DNA from: Octopus vulgaris
Lineage: Eukaryota
Length of the DNA stretch: 64,000 nucleotides
Assembly: GCA_951406725.2 (NCBI GenBank)
Contig: OX597815.1
Coordinates: 42,470,001 to 42,534,000, forward strand
Reading direction: 5' to 3'
Within the stretch, counting starts at the first letter, position 1. Each line of letters begins with the position of its first letter. The notes below the pieces were generated by a model. That model ran no database searches, was not told the DNA's origin, and worked only from the letters and a program-made list of their open reading frames with translations. Below are positions 1-12,399 of the stretch, piece after piece. The position numbers were made by a program, and so were the translations under genes.

Positions 1-235
1 CGACTTTGCCTTTCATCCTTTCGGGGTCGATAAATTAAGTACCGGTTACGCACTGGGGTCGATGTAATCGACATAACCCGTTTGTCTGTCCTTGTTTGTC
101 CCATCTGTGTTTAGCCCCTTGTGGGTAGTAAAGAAATAGATAAAATAAGTAACAGTTGAGCACTGGGATCGATGTAATCGCCTTGCCCTTTTCCCCCAAA
201 ATTCCAGGCCTTGCGTCTATACTAGAAAAAATTGT
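1..235 (+). mobile_element. tRNA-derived SINE family A (core GCCTTTCATCCTTTCGGGGTCGATAAA..AGTACCAG), 5' part outside the window
   Basis: Same core recurs many times in the window; resembles the conserved Meta-type SINE central domain (from recall). Confidence 0.8.
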
Positions 236-483
236 TATAACTTCCATTGTTTTTGCTTAACCCCCACCATACAAACAAAAACAGTTATCTATGTTCATAA
301 ATGTATGTAAAAGAGCTGTGAATAACATACACGCTGCAGCTTCGAATTCAAAGCTTAGATGAGCTATTTGTATCATTTTACGTTCTAGCGTTCAAATCTC
401 GTCAGAGCTACTTTAACATCCTACATCCTAGCTAATGTAATAGATAAATGTTTTGAAATAATTTAAACCAATCAAGTACTGTG

Positions 484-590
484 ATATATACATACATACA
501 TGCATACATACACACGCACACACACACACATATATATATATACACACATATATATATATATACACACACACACACATATATATATATGTA

Positions 591-685
<95 letters not shown>
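484..685. repeat. Compound microsatellite (TACA/CA/TA/TATC)
   Basis: Direct reading. Confidence 0.95.
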
Positions 686-813
686 TTAAAGCATCCTACT
701 TATTTACAGAAAGTAATGGTTTTCTTAAAAAATATACTGGGATGGTCATAACTGGAATGTTTTTTGGTTAGAGACCTGGTCGATTACGGTTGACTTGCGA
801 CTAAAAATATCAT

Positions 814-844
<31 letters not shown>

Positions 845-1614
845 AGCAGCAACAGTAGCACTAGCAACAACAACAACAAAGTATGTGCATGCAACTCATT
901 ATGTGCATATATATGCATTTATATGTAATTTAGTCAGTATGTGCGCATGATTATACTACGAATGCATTTCTTTATTTACGTATATGTGCCTTTGCATATA
1001 TATATATATGATATATATGTATGTATAAAACTAGATATTTGCATATATGCAGATATGTGTTGCGAGAACACCTATGAATGTATGTACGCACGCGTCTATA
1101 TCTCTCAGCATATAAACACCCATTAGTATCTCAACGTCTGTCGCTTACTGATTTTGTTTTATTGTTATTGTTATATAATGTTCAAGTATCAACGTGAATA
1201 CGGAACTGTTGTGTATTGTATAATTTTAAGCATTTATTTCACGTGATAAAAGAAGCTAGGAACGTAGCTATTTGCCCGGGAACACGGAGCAGAATATGTA
1301 AGCTGTTTGCAACCAACTAACCAACGTGCAATAGAGACAGGTGAAGCTAAGTGGATGGACGAAAAATTTTAGACATTCAAGGTCATGTTTCATTTGAAAT
1401 GTTGCGCGCGTGAGTGCTTTGCATTCTGCACTGGCATGCATCTGACAACCAACCATCTGCTACAAGTCATGTAAGCAAGAGTCTATTGGACGAAGCTGTC
1501 TGTGAAATTTTCGGGCTTTCAAGGTCGCATATTTATTGACGTCATGTTTATTTGAATATTATACATACATATAGACATACACAAAAGACGCATTCGCATG
1601 CACTCACAGACACA

Positions 1615-1658
<44 letters not shown>

Positions 1659-1671
1659 CACACACACACAC

Positions 1672-1689
<18 letters not shown>

Positions 1690-1713
<24 letters not shown>

Positions 1714-1820
1714 TGCATGCCCGCACCTCTAGCTCACCGAACACAACTCTCAGATACATATGAAGCAAGCACAGCACATACACACAAACACAACTCAACA
1801 CATGCTAAAATCTCTTCACT
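1690..1820. repeat. Unclassified dispersed repeat, second copy at ~11355-11490
   Basis: Shared CCTCTAGC.CACCGAACACAACTCTCAGATACATATGAAG...CAACTCAACA.ATGCTAAA. Confidence 0.75.
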
Positions 1821-2507
1821 TCATTTCTCTTAGCTTCTCTTTTTTCATCGTTATTGTTCTGCTTTCTCACTCTCTTCCTCCTCCTTTCCCATCCTCTAAT
1901 CTTCTCTCTTTCTCTTCCTCTAATCTTCTCTCTTTCTCTCCCTCTAATCTTCTCTGTTTCTCTTCCTCTCTCCCATCCTTTCCTCATGTGTCTCGCCGCA
2001 TCATTCTTTCTGTGTTCCATGTTTACCTTGCTCTTCTTTTTATTATTCATGCACGCGCGTACACACAAACATACTCATACGTATACATACACACACACAC
2101 ACATTTACATACACACGCAGACGTACACATACACACATCTATCTACACATGCGTAGACAAACGAACACATAAACAAACACAAACATACATACACATTTGC
2201 TCTTTTTCTCATTACCCGACACTTTATTTTCTTTACTCTCTCCATCTATTTCTCCAACGTTAATGTAAATTATCTGCTCTCTGATTGGTTAATATAAGTT
2301 CATAAATCTGTCTTACGTTATCACCAATCAACAAGACCCAAGTAAGCATTTTTTTGTTTTTACTTTTGCAGTCAAAAGGATCCACCCGGCGCCTTAGTCT
2401 TCGTTACCTCTCATGGTACAACATACACCTCTTTTGCTTATATTTACGAACAAGGAAGCATTTTCCTTCTACTAGATCTCTCTTTTCTATTATATCTTTA
2501 TATATTT

Positions 2508-2612
2508 GGAGGCGCAATGGCTCAGTGGTTTGGGCAGCGGACTCGCGGTCGGAGGATCGCGGTTTCGATTCCCAGACCGGGCGTTGTGTGTGTTTATTGA
2601 GCGAAAACACCT
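2508..2612 (+). mobile_element. SINE family D head fragment (tRNA-like A/B boxes)
   Basis: GGAGGCGCAATGGCTCAGTGG...GGTTTCGATTCCC matches the full copy at 36587-36972. Confidence 0.8.
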
Positions 2613-2768
2613 TTTAGCGGCGGTGCATCGGCATGGAAACAGCTCTGAGCTGAAACTAGAAAGAAAAAAAAAATGTTTATTTTGTCTAGACATTTGACTG
2701 CGGCCATGCTGAAACCGGAACCATGTAGTTGGGAAGAAAACTTCTTATCACACCGCTGCGCCTGCGCC

Positions 2769-2811
<43 letters not shown>

Positions 2812-2899
2812 GTGTGTGCGTGCGTGTGTGTGAATGTGTGTGCGTGCGCGTGTCTACGTATATGAATACATGCACACACATACACACACACACACATAT

Positions 2900-3035
2900 A
2901 GGTCTTCTTTCTGTTTCCGTCTACTAAGTCCACTCATCAGGCTTTTGTCAGCTTAGGTTATAGTAGAAGGCACTTGCCCAACTTGCCACGCAGTGGGATT
3001 GAACCTCACAACCATGTGGTTGGGAAGCAAGCTTC
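2900..3035 (-). mobile_element. SINE family B 5' part; another at ~3900-4055
   Basis: Reverse complement of GCTTGCTTCCCAACCACATGGTT...GGGCAAGTG.CTTCTACTAT. Confidence 0.75.
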
Positions 3036-3129
3036 TTTATTTCCTTGCATTTGCCATAAAGGCATAATACAGATGGAAGCTTGCGGGCTGGACACAGACA
3101 CGATGATGATGATGAAATGACAAAAGAGA

Positions 3130-3770
3130 TGGTTGGTGGGGGAAGCAGCCAACGCCCGCCGATTGTTACTTCCCGATAACATTGTTGTTTTTTTAAAACA
3201 CAAATGAGGTGTTGTCTCTTACAAGAGTTAGAAATTGAGGCGTTGAGCCTCTTACCAATCAAAACAAGTTCAGCGAATATATTCAACTTGAGGCACTAAG
3301 CCTCTTACCAAAATCACTAAGTTCGAATCGAAGCACTTAGACATCTTACTCTACCTCCCCGATTGAGTCTGTTGCCGCCTGCAGTCGCAAGCCTGCAGTT
3401 GCAAGCCAGGGCCCCATAAGAGATAATTGTATTTATCCTTGGTAAAAGAATCATCACCCTGTAGAAATAATTTAACCTCCATGACCTCCGCAGCCACCTG
3501 CGGAGGCCAATCCGGGCTTTCAATGCAGGTCAGGACCACCTGTTCCCGACCTTCCAGATTCCTCACAAAGTTCTCTACGGCTCCTCCATTAAGAAATAAG
3601 ATCACAAATTCCTAATTTATTATACTGGGAGGGGGCCACAGTTCCTCCGTCGGTGGCACAATTCCCACCGACGGGCTTTCGGAACATGCCGGCAGTGTAC
3701 TGCTAACTGCCGGCACTGTCACATTCTTTTCTTCTTTTTTCTTTGTCAAGGAAATTGCATGGATAATACC
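3130..3770 (-). mobile_element. Possible LINE ORF1-like relic
   Basis: GC-richer non-microsatellite block with short interrupted ORFs (3351-3605); family assignment is tentative recall only. Confidence 0.3.
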
Positions 3771-3814
3771 GTACTAAATTCTGGTGCCTCAACTTAAGTA
3801 CCATATTCCTCTGA

Positions 3815-3902
<88 letters not shown>

Positions 3903-4424
3903 CGGACTTCTTTCAATTTTCGTCTGTCAAATCCACTCACAAGGCCTTTTTTATCGGTCCTAGGCAATAGAAGATGACACCCTAGATTTCACGCAGTGGG
4001 ACTAAACCCGGAATCATGTGGTTGGGAAGCAAGCTTCTTACTCTACAACCACGTCTTTCTTTCAGCTCTCATTTCATGGGCAGCAACGTCCCTCGCAAAC
4101 AGCATGCACAGATAAAGATACCTCTTAGCCACATACTCCCAAACGCATGGTTATGTTACCCACATTATCGGTTTTTATATATTAATAATCCACTGGTTTG
4201 TTACTTCTAAAAATACTTACACGGAAAGCAACAGCCACCTGCAGAGAGGCCATGTGAACACGCAACATAGATAACTCACGCGACACATGCACCACTTCAA
4301 TGAACACAAACTTTCTAATCATTCTCCAATGATATTTTGCCGACGTAATCCCCTTCAATACTACCAAAACAAAATCGCTACATATCTGGAAGGAACAATC
4401 TTCTACTCAGGCACTCACCTCTTA

Positions 4425-4500
<76 letters not shown>

Positions 4501-4502
4501 CA

Positions 4503-4572
<70 letters not shown>

Positions 4573-4590
4573 CACACACATATATAAGAG

Positions 4591-4917
4591 AAGGCGTATG
4601 GCTCAGTGATTAGAGCGTCGAGCTTACGATCGTGAGGTTGTGAGTTCGAATCCCGGACCGGGCTGCATGTTGTGTTCTTGAGCAAGACACTTTATTTCAC
4701 GTTGCTCCAGTTTACTCAGCTGTAGAAATGAGTTGCGACGTCACTGGAGCCAAGCTGAATCTGCTGTTGCCTTTCCCTTGCATAATACTGGTGGCGTGGA
4801 GAGGGGACGCCGGTATGCATGGGCAACTGCTGGTCTTCCATAAACAACCTTGCCCGGACTTGTGCAGGGTAACTTTCTAGGTGCAATCCCACGGTCAGTC
4901 ATGACCGAAGGGGTCTC
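4591..4917 (+). mobile_element. SINE family C, full length
   Basis: tRNA head TGGCTCAGTG / GAGTTCGAATCCC; close homologues at 30775-31115 and 31780-32122. Confidence 0.85.
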
Positions 4918-4984
4918 AAAATATTAAGCAAAATAGCTAGTTGTAAAATCTCAAGAAGAGATCAGAGTTAGTAACTATACTAAC

Positions 4985-5526
4985 AAGTAAAGTCAATAGC
5001 CACATCAAAGTGGTTTTCCATGTTACTATTAGTTTAACCCCAGGCAGATCTTCAGCCAGCTGGTTATCGGTCCGACGCTGCACCCGTTTATATGCAATAT
5101 ATATTTACTAGCAGGGGGAGTGAACCCCTAACATCCTCTAGCAGACAACAGGATCATGGGACTGACTCAATTTCGAGCTGCTTGGCTCATCCTCAGTCGC
5201 GAGTACCTGGCCCCTAGAGCGATAACTAGGGTCCGCTCCAACCAGCAATACATTGTAAACAAAATTATTTTGCTTGTTGCGAATCAGTGATCGATGGTCA
5301 CTTTGTTTACAATTGCTCAAGGAGTCAGGTACACGCGGCTGAAGACAAGCCAACCAGCTCAAATCTGTCTTGCGATGTTGCCTGCTAGAGGATGGTAGGG
5401 TTTCACTCCCCCTGCTAGCAATATATAGTGTATATAAAGGGTGCAGCGGCACACCGATAACCAGCTGGTGGATGATCTGCCTAGTAGTAACATGGAACAG
5501 TCACTTTGTCGTGGCGATTGACTTTA

Positions 5527-5529
<3 letters not shown>
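4985..5529. repeat. Fold-back element with ~165 bp imperfect inverted arms
   Basis: AAGTAAAGTCAATAGCCAC...CTAGCAGACAACA (4985-5150) is the reverse complement of TGTTGCCTGCTAG...GTGGCGATTGACTTTACTT (5376-5529). Confidence 0.85.
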
Positions 5530-5579
<50 letters not shown>

Positions 5580-5639
5580 GCATGTATATAAATATGCATA
5601 TACATACACACACATATACATGTATATGAATACCCATAG

Positions 5640-5670
<31 letters not shown>

Positions 5671-6206
5671 CACACACACTTATACATGCACATACACATA
5701 CAAGCACACACACATATATGTACATACGCATGCACTTCTATATATATATATGTGTGTGTGATGTGTAGATTGGTAGAGCTGTTAGAGTGTTCGATAAAAT
5801 GCATTATAGTATCTGTACAGGTTCTCTGCGCTCTGACTCCAAATCCCAACGGCCCAGCTTTGTCTTTCACATCTTCGGAGGTGATAGAGTGCCAGTCGAA
5901 ACTTCTTCCCTTTTCTTCTTTATTTGTGTGTGTGTGTTTCTCTCTCTCCCCTGTGGGACAAAATAGGCTGTTGTTAAGCCTGGAAGTGAGGGGCTTCACC
6001 AAGCTGTATGCCACGACCGATGCTTTCTAGATACAGGTGATATGTGTGCTGCAACATCCAGATCCAAGGGACTCCTAGGCTCATCGATATAACTTAATTA
6101 TACATCTATAGATGTGGGGGAGAGACCGGATCTTGTAACAATTACCGACGTATGTTGAGGTATTTCCGTATAGCTCTATTTCTGAGCCTAGGTGTTCGGA
6201 AAAATG

Positions 6207-6421
6207 TACGACGGGGTGCTAAAAAAAGTTCTTGGTTTTAAGGGTATCGCGAAAGGTCTGGTTGGAGGACCAACCTTCCGAGTTCTTCCGCAAGGCTTAG
6301 AAAAATTGAAGGACCGCCGCAATAAACCTGAGAGGGGAATATGTTGAATAAAATCATAATTAACTGATCCTCCTGTATTGTCTTTTACCCAAAGCCAAGA
6401 ACTTTTCAGCGGTCCCTCGTG
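6207..6421. mobile_element. Mariner-type MITE (~210 bp); second copy inverted at 18108-18303
   Basis: TACGACGGGGTGCTAAAAAAAGTTCTTGG ... CCAAGAACTTTTCAGCGGTCCCTCGT imperfect TIRs. Confidence 0.75.
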
Positions 6422-7167
6422 CTTAATGTCGTTCTTAATGCATACAAAGGTAAAATGTTATATACATTTAATTCCAGTTGGTTTTAATGAATTTTTAAGT
6501 GTTACGTCAATTTTCAAGTTAAGTCACATGCATTGGGATCAATTCCCGACATAAGTTGAGGTATGCTCATATAGCTACTGATTGCAAACGAAATAGGATA
6601 ATAGTTATTCGGTTCGTAAAACAAGAGGCCGTATACTCGTAATATATAAAAGGGTAGGCATAAAAGAAAAAAAATACAATGTTACTTCAAACTTGTTGCA
6701 GTTGTTAATAACTAACACACTATTATTTGCCTTCGAAACAAAATCACGACGTTACGCTAACATCCTTAGTATAGTTTAACGAATGTCCATCACAGCTGTC
6801 ATTGCCATAAAGATCTATCTTATTTGACAATGAATTAATTACACACTTTCACTTGTAACCTCATTTTGTTGTTGTTCAGTAACAGACCAGCTCGGATCAA
6901 ATAAACTTAAATAGTTAAAAGTATAGTTAAAGAATTCTAGCAGTTTTTTTAAAAAGACTCCTATCATGTCTTTACACTATTAAGGTGGTAGAGTGTGATT
7001 GAATGGTATTTGGCGCGTGTTTCTAACGTAGATACGTTCTTGATGGCTTCAATCTCAACCTTTCTGTTACCTTATTATTTCTGAAATATTCTGTCTTTGT
7101 TTAAATTAATTTTGAAAATACTAGAAAATTTAGTTAAATAACTTTGTCATTATTAAAGCGACGAAAG

Positions 7168-7690
7168 TGGACGAGCTGGCAGAATCATTAGCACGCCGGG
7201 CGAAATGCTTAGCAGGTATTTCGGCTGCCGTTACGTTCTGAGTTCAAATTCCGCCGAGGTCGACTTTGCCTTTCATCCTCTCGAGGTCGATAAATTAAGT
7301 ACCAGTTACGCACTGAGGTCGATGTAATCGACTTGTTCCGTTTGTCTGTCCTTGTTTGTCCTCTATGTGTTTAGCCCCTTGTGGGCAGTAAAGAAATAGG
7401 TAATACGTTTGTCTCTTTAACATTTTTATTTCAAATTCCATCGGGGTCGATAAAATAAGTACCAGTTGAGAACTGGGGTCGATGTAAACGATTTATCCAC
7501 TTCCCCGATATTTCTGGTCTTGTGCCAAATTTTGAAATTATTTTTTATTTCTATTCGCTGGCGTCGAATTAGCCTTTCCTCCTTTCAGGGTCGATAAATA
7601 AATACCAGTTGAGCACTGGGGTCAATGTAAACGATTTACCTCCTACTCCGAACTTGCTGGCCTTGTGCCAAAAGTTGAAACCATTATTAA
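7168..7690 (+). mobile_element. SINE family A cluster (full copy plus tandem partial copies)
   Basis: GAGCTGGCAGAATC head, GAGTTCAAATTCC B-box, repeated GGGGTCGATAAA core. Confidence 0.85.
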
Positions 7691-8212
7691 GGTTGTATTT
7701 GGAGCATAAATTCACATGAAATTTTGATGGAAGGTTTTTATTTCGATCACTTCAAAAACAGTAAGTTTGTGTCATAAAACCAGAGACGGATTTCTGGCGG
7801 GTTGGTGTCAGCATGCTTAAAAGCAAAAAACCTACAAGTAATTACAGAAGAGAAAAAAAAAATCAATTTTTAAATCTTTGAAGCAGCTTGTATTTGTATT
7901 TTGTAGGTGTTTGATTATTTCGCAGAAATTAAGTGAGTTGAAGTTGGTAGAAAGACTTTGCCGTATATATTACCGTTCTATTCATTCTACATTCAAGACC
8001 TGACTTGTTGACCTTGATTTTTCTAGTTCAGACAAAATATACTCGCTTCGATTACATCGATTGCGACTGTTACAAACACAAATTAAACTCGAACCTAACT
8101 AATAAATTGATAGTATAATTATATTTTGGACGATGAATTGGCAGCAAAAGTGGAAGTACTGGCTCGAATTCGTTTTATTATTTTATCTAGATCTTTACAT
8201 TTCCAAACACAC

Positions 8213-8299
<87 letters not shown>

Positions 8300-8483
8300 G
8301 GGGGAGAATTCACAAAAAAAACAACAAAAGACGAAGACAGGTGGTGTAGACAACAAACATATGTATTAATATAACGTTCGGGAAGTGAAAAAGTCTTTAA
8401 CGTTTCGAGCCTACGCTCTTCCACCCACAGAAGGGAACACAGAAAGAAACAAGGAGAGAAAATAAAGAATGTGTAGTGGCTAG

Positions 8484-8487
<4 letters not shown>
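8300..8487 (-). mobile_element. Short (TA)n-embedded element with hammerhead-like motif; inverted sibling at 9345-9528
   Basis: Minus strand CTGTGGGTGGA-A-GAGC GTAG GCTC-GAAACGTT; flanked by TA repeats. Confidence 0.6.
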
Positions 8488-8532
<45 letters not shown>

Positions 8533-8533
8533 C

Positions 8534-8606
8534 TACCTCCGACGGGACTCGAACCCGCAATCCCCGGCTTAGGAGGCCGGTGCCTTATCCATTGGGCCAC
8601 GGGGGA
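8534..8606 (-). tRNA. tRNA-Arg(CCT)-like copy with damaged acceptor stem (probable pseudogene or SINE head)
   Basis: TCCCCCGTGGCCCAATGGATAAGGCACCGGCCTCCTAAGCCGGGGATTGCGGGTTCGAGTCCCGTCGGAGGTA: D, anticodon (CCT) and T arms pair; acceptor stem has two mismatches. Confidence 0.85.
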
Positions 8607-8634
8607 TTGCGGGTTCGAGTCCCGTCGGAGGTAG

Positions 8635-8674
<40 letters not shown>

Positions 8675-9282
8675 CATATATTCATGGCCGTGTAGTTAAA
8701 AAGCTTGTTTTGCAAGTACCTGGTTTCGGGTTCATTTCCACTGTACTTATGACATGTGAGAGAATTTAGTAGACGGAAGCTGTATGGAAGAGAAGTGCCG
8801 GTCTTTGTGATGCAGTCTTGGCTGTGTTACAGATGTCTTTACGCCAGGAGAAATCTATGGTGATATTGAGACCCAATATTTGGAGCTACTGTGAGGAATC
8901 TAGATGCGTGCTGCACATGCATAAATGCACTGTAAGTCATACGTTAAAAAAATTGAGTTAAGTGTAATTTGCCTCTTCGTTAGAGAAAGAAAACAAAAAG
9001 GAAAATGACAAAAATAATTTACAGTAATTGCTAACGACTGTCTAAGAAAAGGGGAATATCTAAAAAAAGAAAATGAAAAAATAATTGTTTCCCCAAAATA
9101 GGAAAATAGAAACTCTGTTTGCAGTTAGGGAGACCAATTTTGGATATGTTTCGGTCATACTGGACTTTACCAGCATAGCGTAATTCACTGAAGCCTGTAT
9201 AGATTACTTTGCAAATACTTTTAGTACTAAAAAGTAAAAAAAAACAGCAGTGACGAAGAAATATTGTTCAACAGTAATTTGC

Positions 9283-9341
<59 letters not shown>

Positions 9342-9344
9342 CAC

Positions 9345-9528
9345 CATGATAGATCGTTAGCCACTACACACATTTTTTTCTTGTTTCTCTCCTTGTTTTT
9401 TCTGTGTACCTTTCTGTAGAAGAGCGTAGGCTAGAAACGTAAAATACTTTTTCTATTCCTGAGCGTTATACTAATACATCTGTTTGTTTTGTACACCACC
9501 TGTCTTCGTCTTTTGTTTTTTTTTCGTC
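9345..9528 (+). mobile_element. Second copy of the (TA)n-embedded hammerhead-like element
   Basis: CTGTAGA-A-GAGCGTAGGCTA-GAAACGTA; reverse-complement homology to 8300-8487. Confidence 0.6.
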
Positions 9529-9540
9529 TATATATATATA

Positions 9541-9612
<72 letters not shown>

Positions 9613-10604
9613 TGAGTGTGTATGTGTGTGCATTTTAATACTTATATGTAAGTACATATACTCCTGTAGATATATTTCTATGTATGCGCGTGTATGTCTT
9701 TTGCATTCCAGTTCCGTATATTGGAAAGTATATTTGAGGTTTGGTTAATGAGTGAATAAACTTCTTGAAGGTTGAAATGCTTTTTGTAAAGTTCTGTGAC
9801 CTTGTTAACTCCCAGTTTTCACTCTTGTTGAACCTTGTTTCTTGGTTTTACTTCACCTAACATTCATCCATGTCTTTTGTGGAATCCTTAAATCTCCAGC
9901 CTTTTACCCATCTACATAATTACATAATTACATTGGCTAAAAATTCATTTATATTATTTGCTTATATATTTTTATGCTATCTATTCTTTAATTTTATGTA
10001 TTTTACTTCATGTTCATAATTCGTTTTGTTATTTGTTTATATTAAGGCAAGCCGCTTCCTTATATTCTCCTTACTACTTAATTGATAAGAACAATACAAT
10101 ATATCTGTTTAATGCTCGAATCAATTTAATATTGTCCTGTTTAACATTGTCCAAGCTTGTACAAAAAAGAGGACATTTTGTGTGTGTATTTAAATCTGAA
10201 TCGTCAGGGTAACCATGATGTTCCAGTGCTTTCTTTATTTACGTTAATTTGTGAATATACAACTGCATTGTTTAATGCTGAACATACATATTAATGTAAA
10301 CCTATATGCATAATTTCTTCCACATTGAAACGAACCAGGTTGCGAAAAGGTGGTTGCCTTTTGGAAACGACATGATTGAATATTTATGTATTCAGTTCAC
10401 ATACCTCCTGACTTTATGGCCTTATATACTCATGAAATAATTTTTATTAATTGGATCTTTTGAATTTTCAGTTACACGGACAGTGTATTTTATAATTGTT
10501 CGTAATCGATTAATATGTGGACTGATAGCCGACTCTGTAAGAAGAGCTTTCTGTGATAACCGTATGATGATATAGATCCACGTCTTTTAACACTCATTTA
10601 TCTA

Positions 10605-10756
<152 letters not shown>

Positions 10757-10764
10757 TAGTTGAC

Positions 10765-11040
10765 TCTTCCGTCGAAGGCGACGAGCGAGTGTCTAGCTTT
10801 TGCCGAACGACCATCACAAGTGATTTATTTATAGTGATCAGGTGATCACTCCCTCCATCAAATCGACGTTGCCTGGACAACTGCACGGTGTACCAGACTT
10901 TACGTGTCGAGGTGATCGCAGAGCCACGTGAGATGAAGTGTTTTGCTCAAGAACACAACATACCATCAGGCCTAGGAATTGAAACCTCCATCTTGCGATC
11001 GTGAGTGCAATACCTTAACAACTAAGCCATGCGTCCTCAC
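10765..11040 (-). mobile_element. SINE family E; relatives at 22578-22790(+), 50940-51182(-), 53755-54046(-), 58811-58990(+)
   Basis: Shared GTGTTCTTGAGCAAAACACTTCATCTCACGT core and tRNA-like head. Confidence 0.75.
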
Positions 11041-12399
11041 AGGACTACATATATACATAGTTGTAATAATGAAGGCAAACCAAATAGTGATATCATGAAA
11101 TAATTTAATACGTACGTTTCAAGTTTGCATAATATATAATAAGAAATGCATACATTACGTAAACCTTCCTCCAGTACAAAGTAGCTGGTCTTGACTCCAC
11201 TTATGCGGATACAGCGATTTGGAGTAGTTTGTTAGATTTGAATTCAGGCAAAAATTCTGGTAAAGTGCTCCGCTTCTTAGTGTAACACACTGCACACACA
11301 CATACACTCACACGCGCTCGCACGAACACTCGCACACATATTACGAACACACATACATGCATGCAGGTATAAACCTCTAGCCCACCGAACACAACTCTCA
11401 GATACATATGAAGTACAGCACATATACACAAATACAACTCAACATATGCTAAATCTCTCATGCTAAATACAACCCAACACATGCTAAAGCGCACACACAC
11501 ACATACACACACACACACGTGATGTTCTATTCTTATAATGTGATAATATACTTCATAATTTGGGGGATTCTTATTTGTTGGAGGGGCAGTAAAATTCCCA
11601 AAATAATTTATAAGCTGACGGCTAGGAAACGAGGACTATACAGCTGTTTTGAACAGAGAATACCTTCAGAAAAACTGATATTAATTTCAGCAAATGTTTG
11701 CAAGTGGTGATAGATTTACGCAGGCAAGATGTCGATAATGTGTAAATTGGATTTCAAACACAGCTTTCAGGCATCAGATAATATTATGTTAAGCAAACCA
11801 TGTGCAAGAGGCAATAATCAAATTGATAGCGTTGTATTAGTAGTTTCAATACAGTATACCCTACTTCAAGTGCATATTGTGCCCTTGAGTAAATCTTGAC
11901 TTCCCTATTACAGAAATTATAATTACCTTATATGAGATGCACTAATATCTATAAAGTAGGTCAAGGAATAAAAACATTCTTTTAGTGACAAATAGAGATA
12001 GAATATAATACTTACACACCCCAGTATTGATGTATTTATTTCTTGATTTTAATTAATATTTTGCTATCTGCTGACGGTTCCCGTGGAAACACAAAATCAG
12101 GTTTGGCTCTTCTAGACCTTTGCTGACCTTTGTACCTTCTCCAATACAAATTTTTGCAGTAGCATTAAACTACATACATACTTTTGTCAATTCTTTCTGA
12201 TTTTTCATAAAGCCAGCAATTTTGAGGAAAGGAGGCAAGTCGATTACTAACTGATTACTTTATTTTATCGAACTCCCATCGAAAGCATGAGTGACAATGT
12301 TGATCATGGCAAGATTTGATTTTTGTAATCTACTTTACGCAATTAAAAATCAATGATTGTTAAAAGCTTCGAATTAGGCTTGACATCAGAAGACATCAA

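Noticed and set aside
481-2263. Long ORFs rich in IY/HT/CV/LS repeats (also 5481-6030, 25378-26056, 47033-48590, 62682-63254)
   Set aside because: Translations of microsatellites and low-complexity tracts; no coding evidence
4591-4665. SINE heads as functional tRNA genes (also 2508, 36900, 49920, 61280)
   Set aside because: No complete cloverleaf, and each continues into a SINE body
9135-9185. Possible hammerhead CTGGTAA-A-GTC CAGTAT GAC-CGAAAC on the minus strand
   Set aside because: Core has two substitutions and stem I does not pair; too degenerate to call
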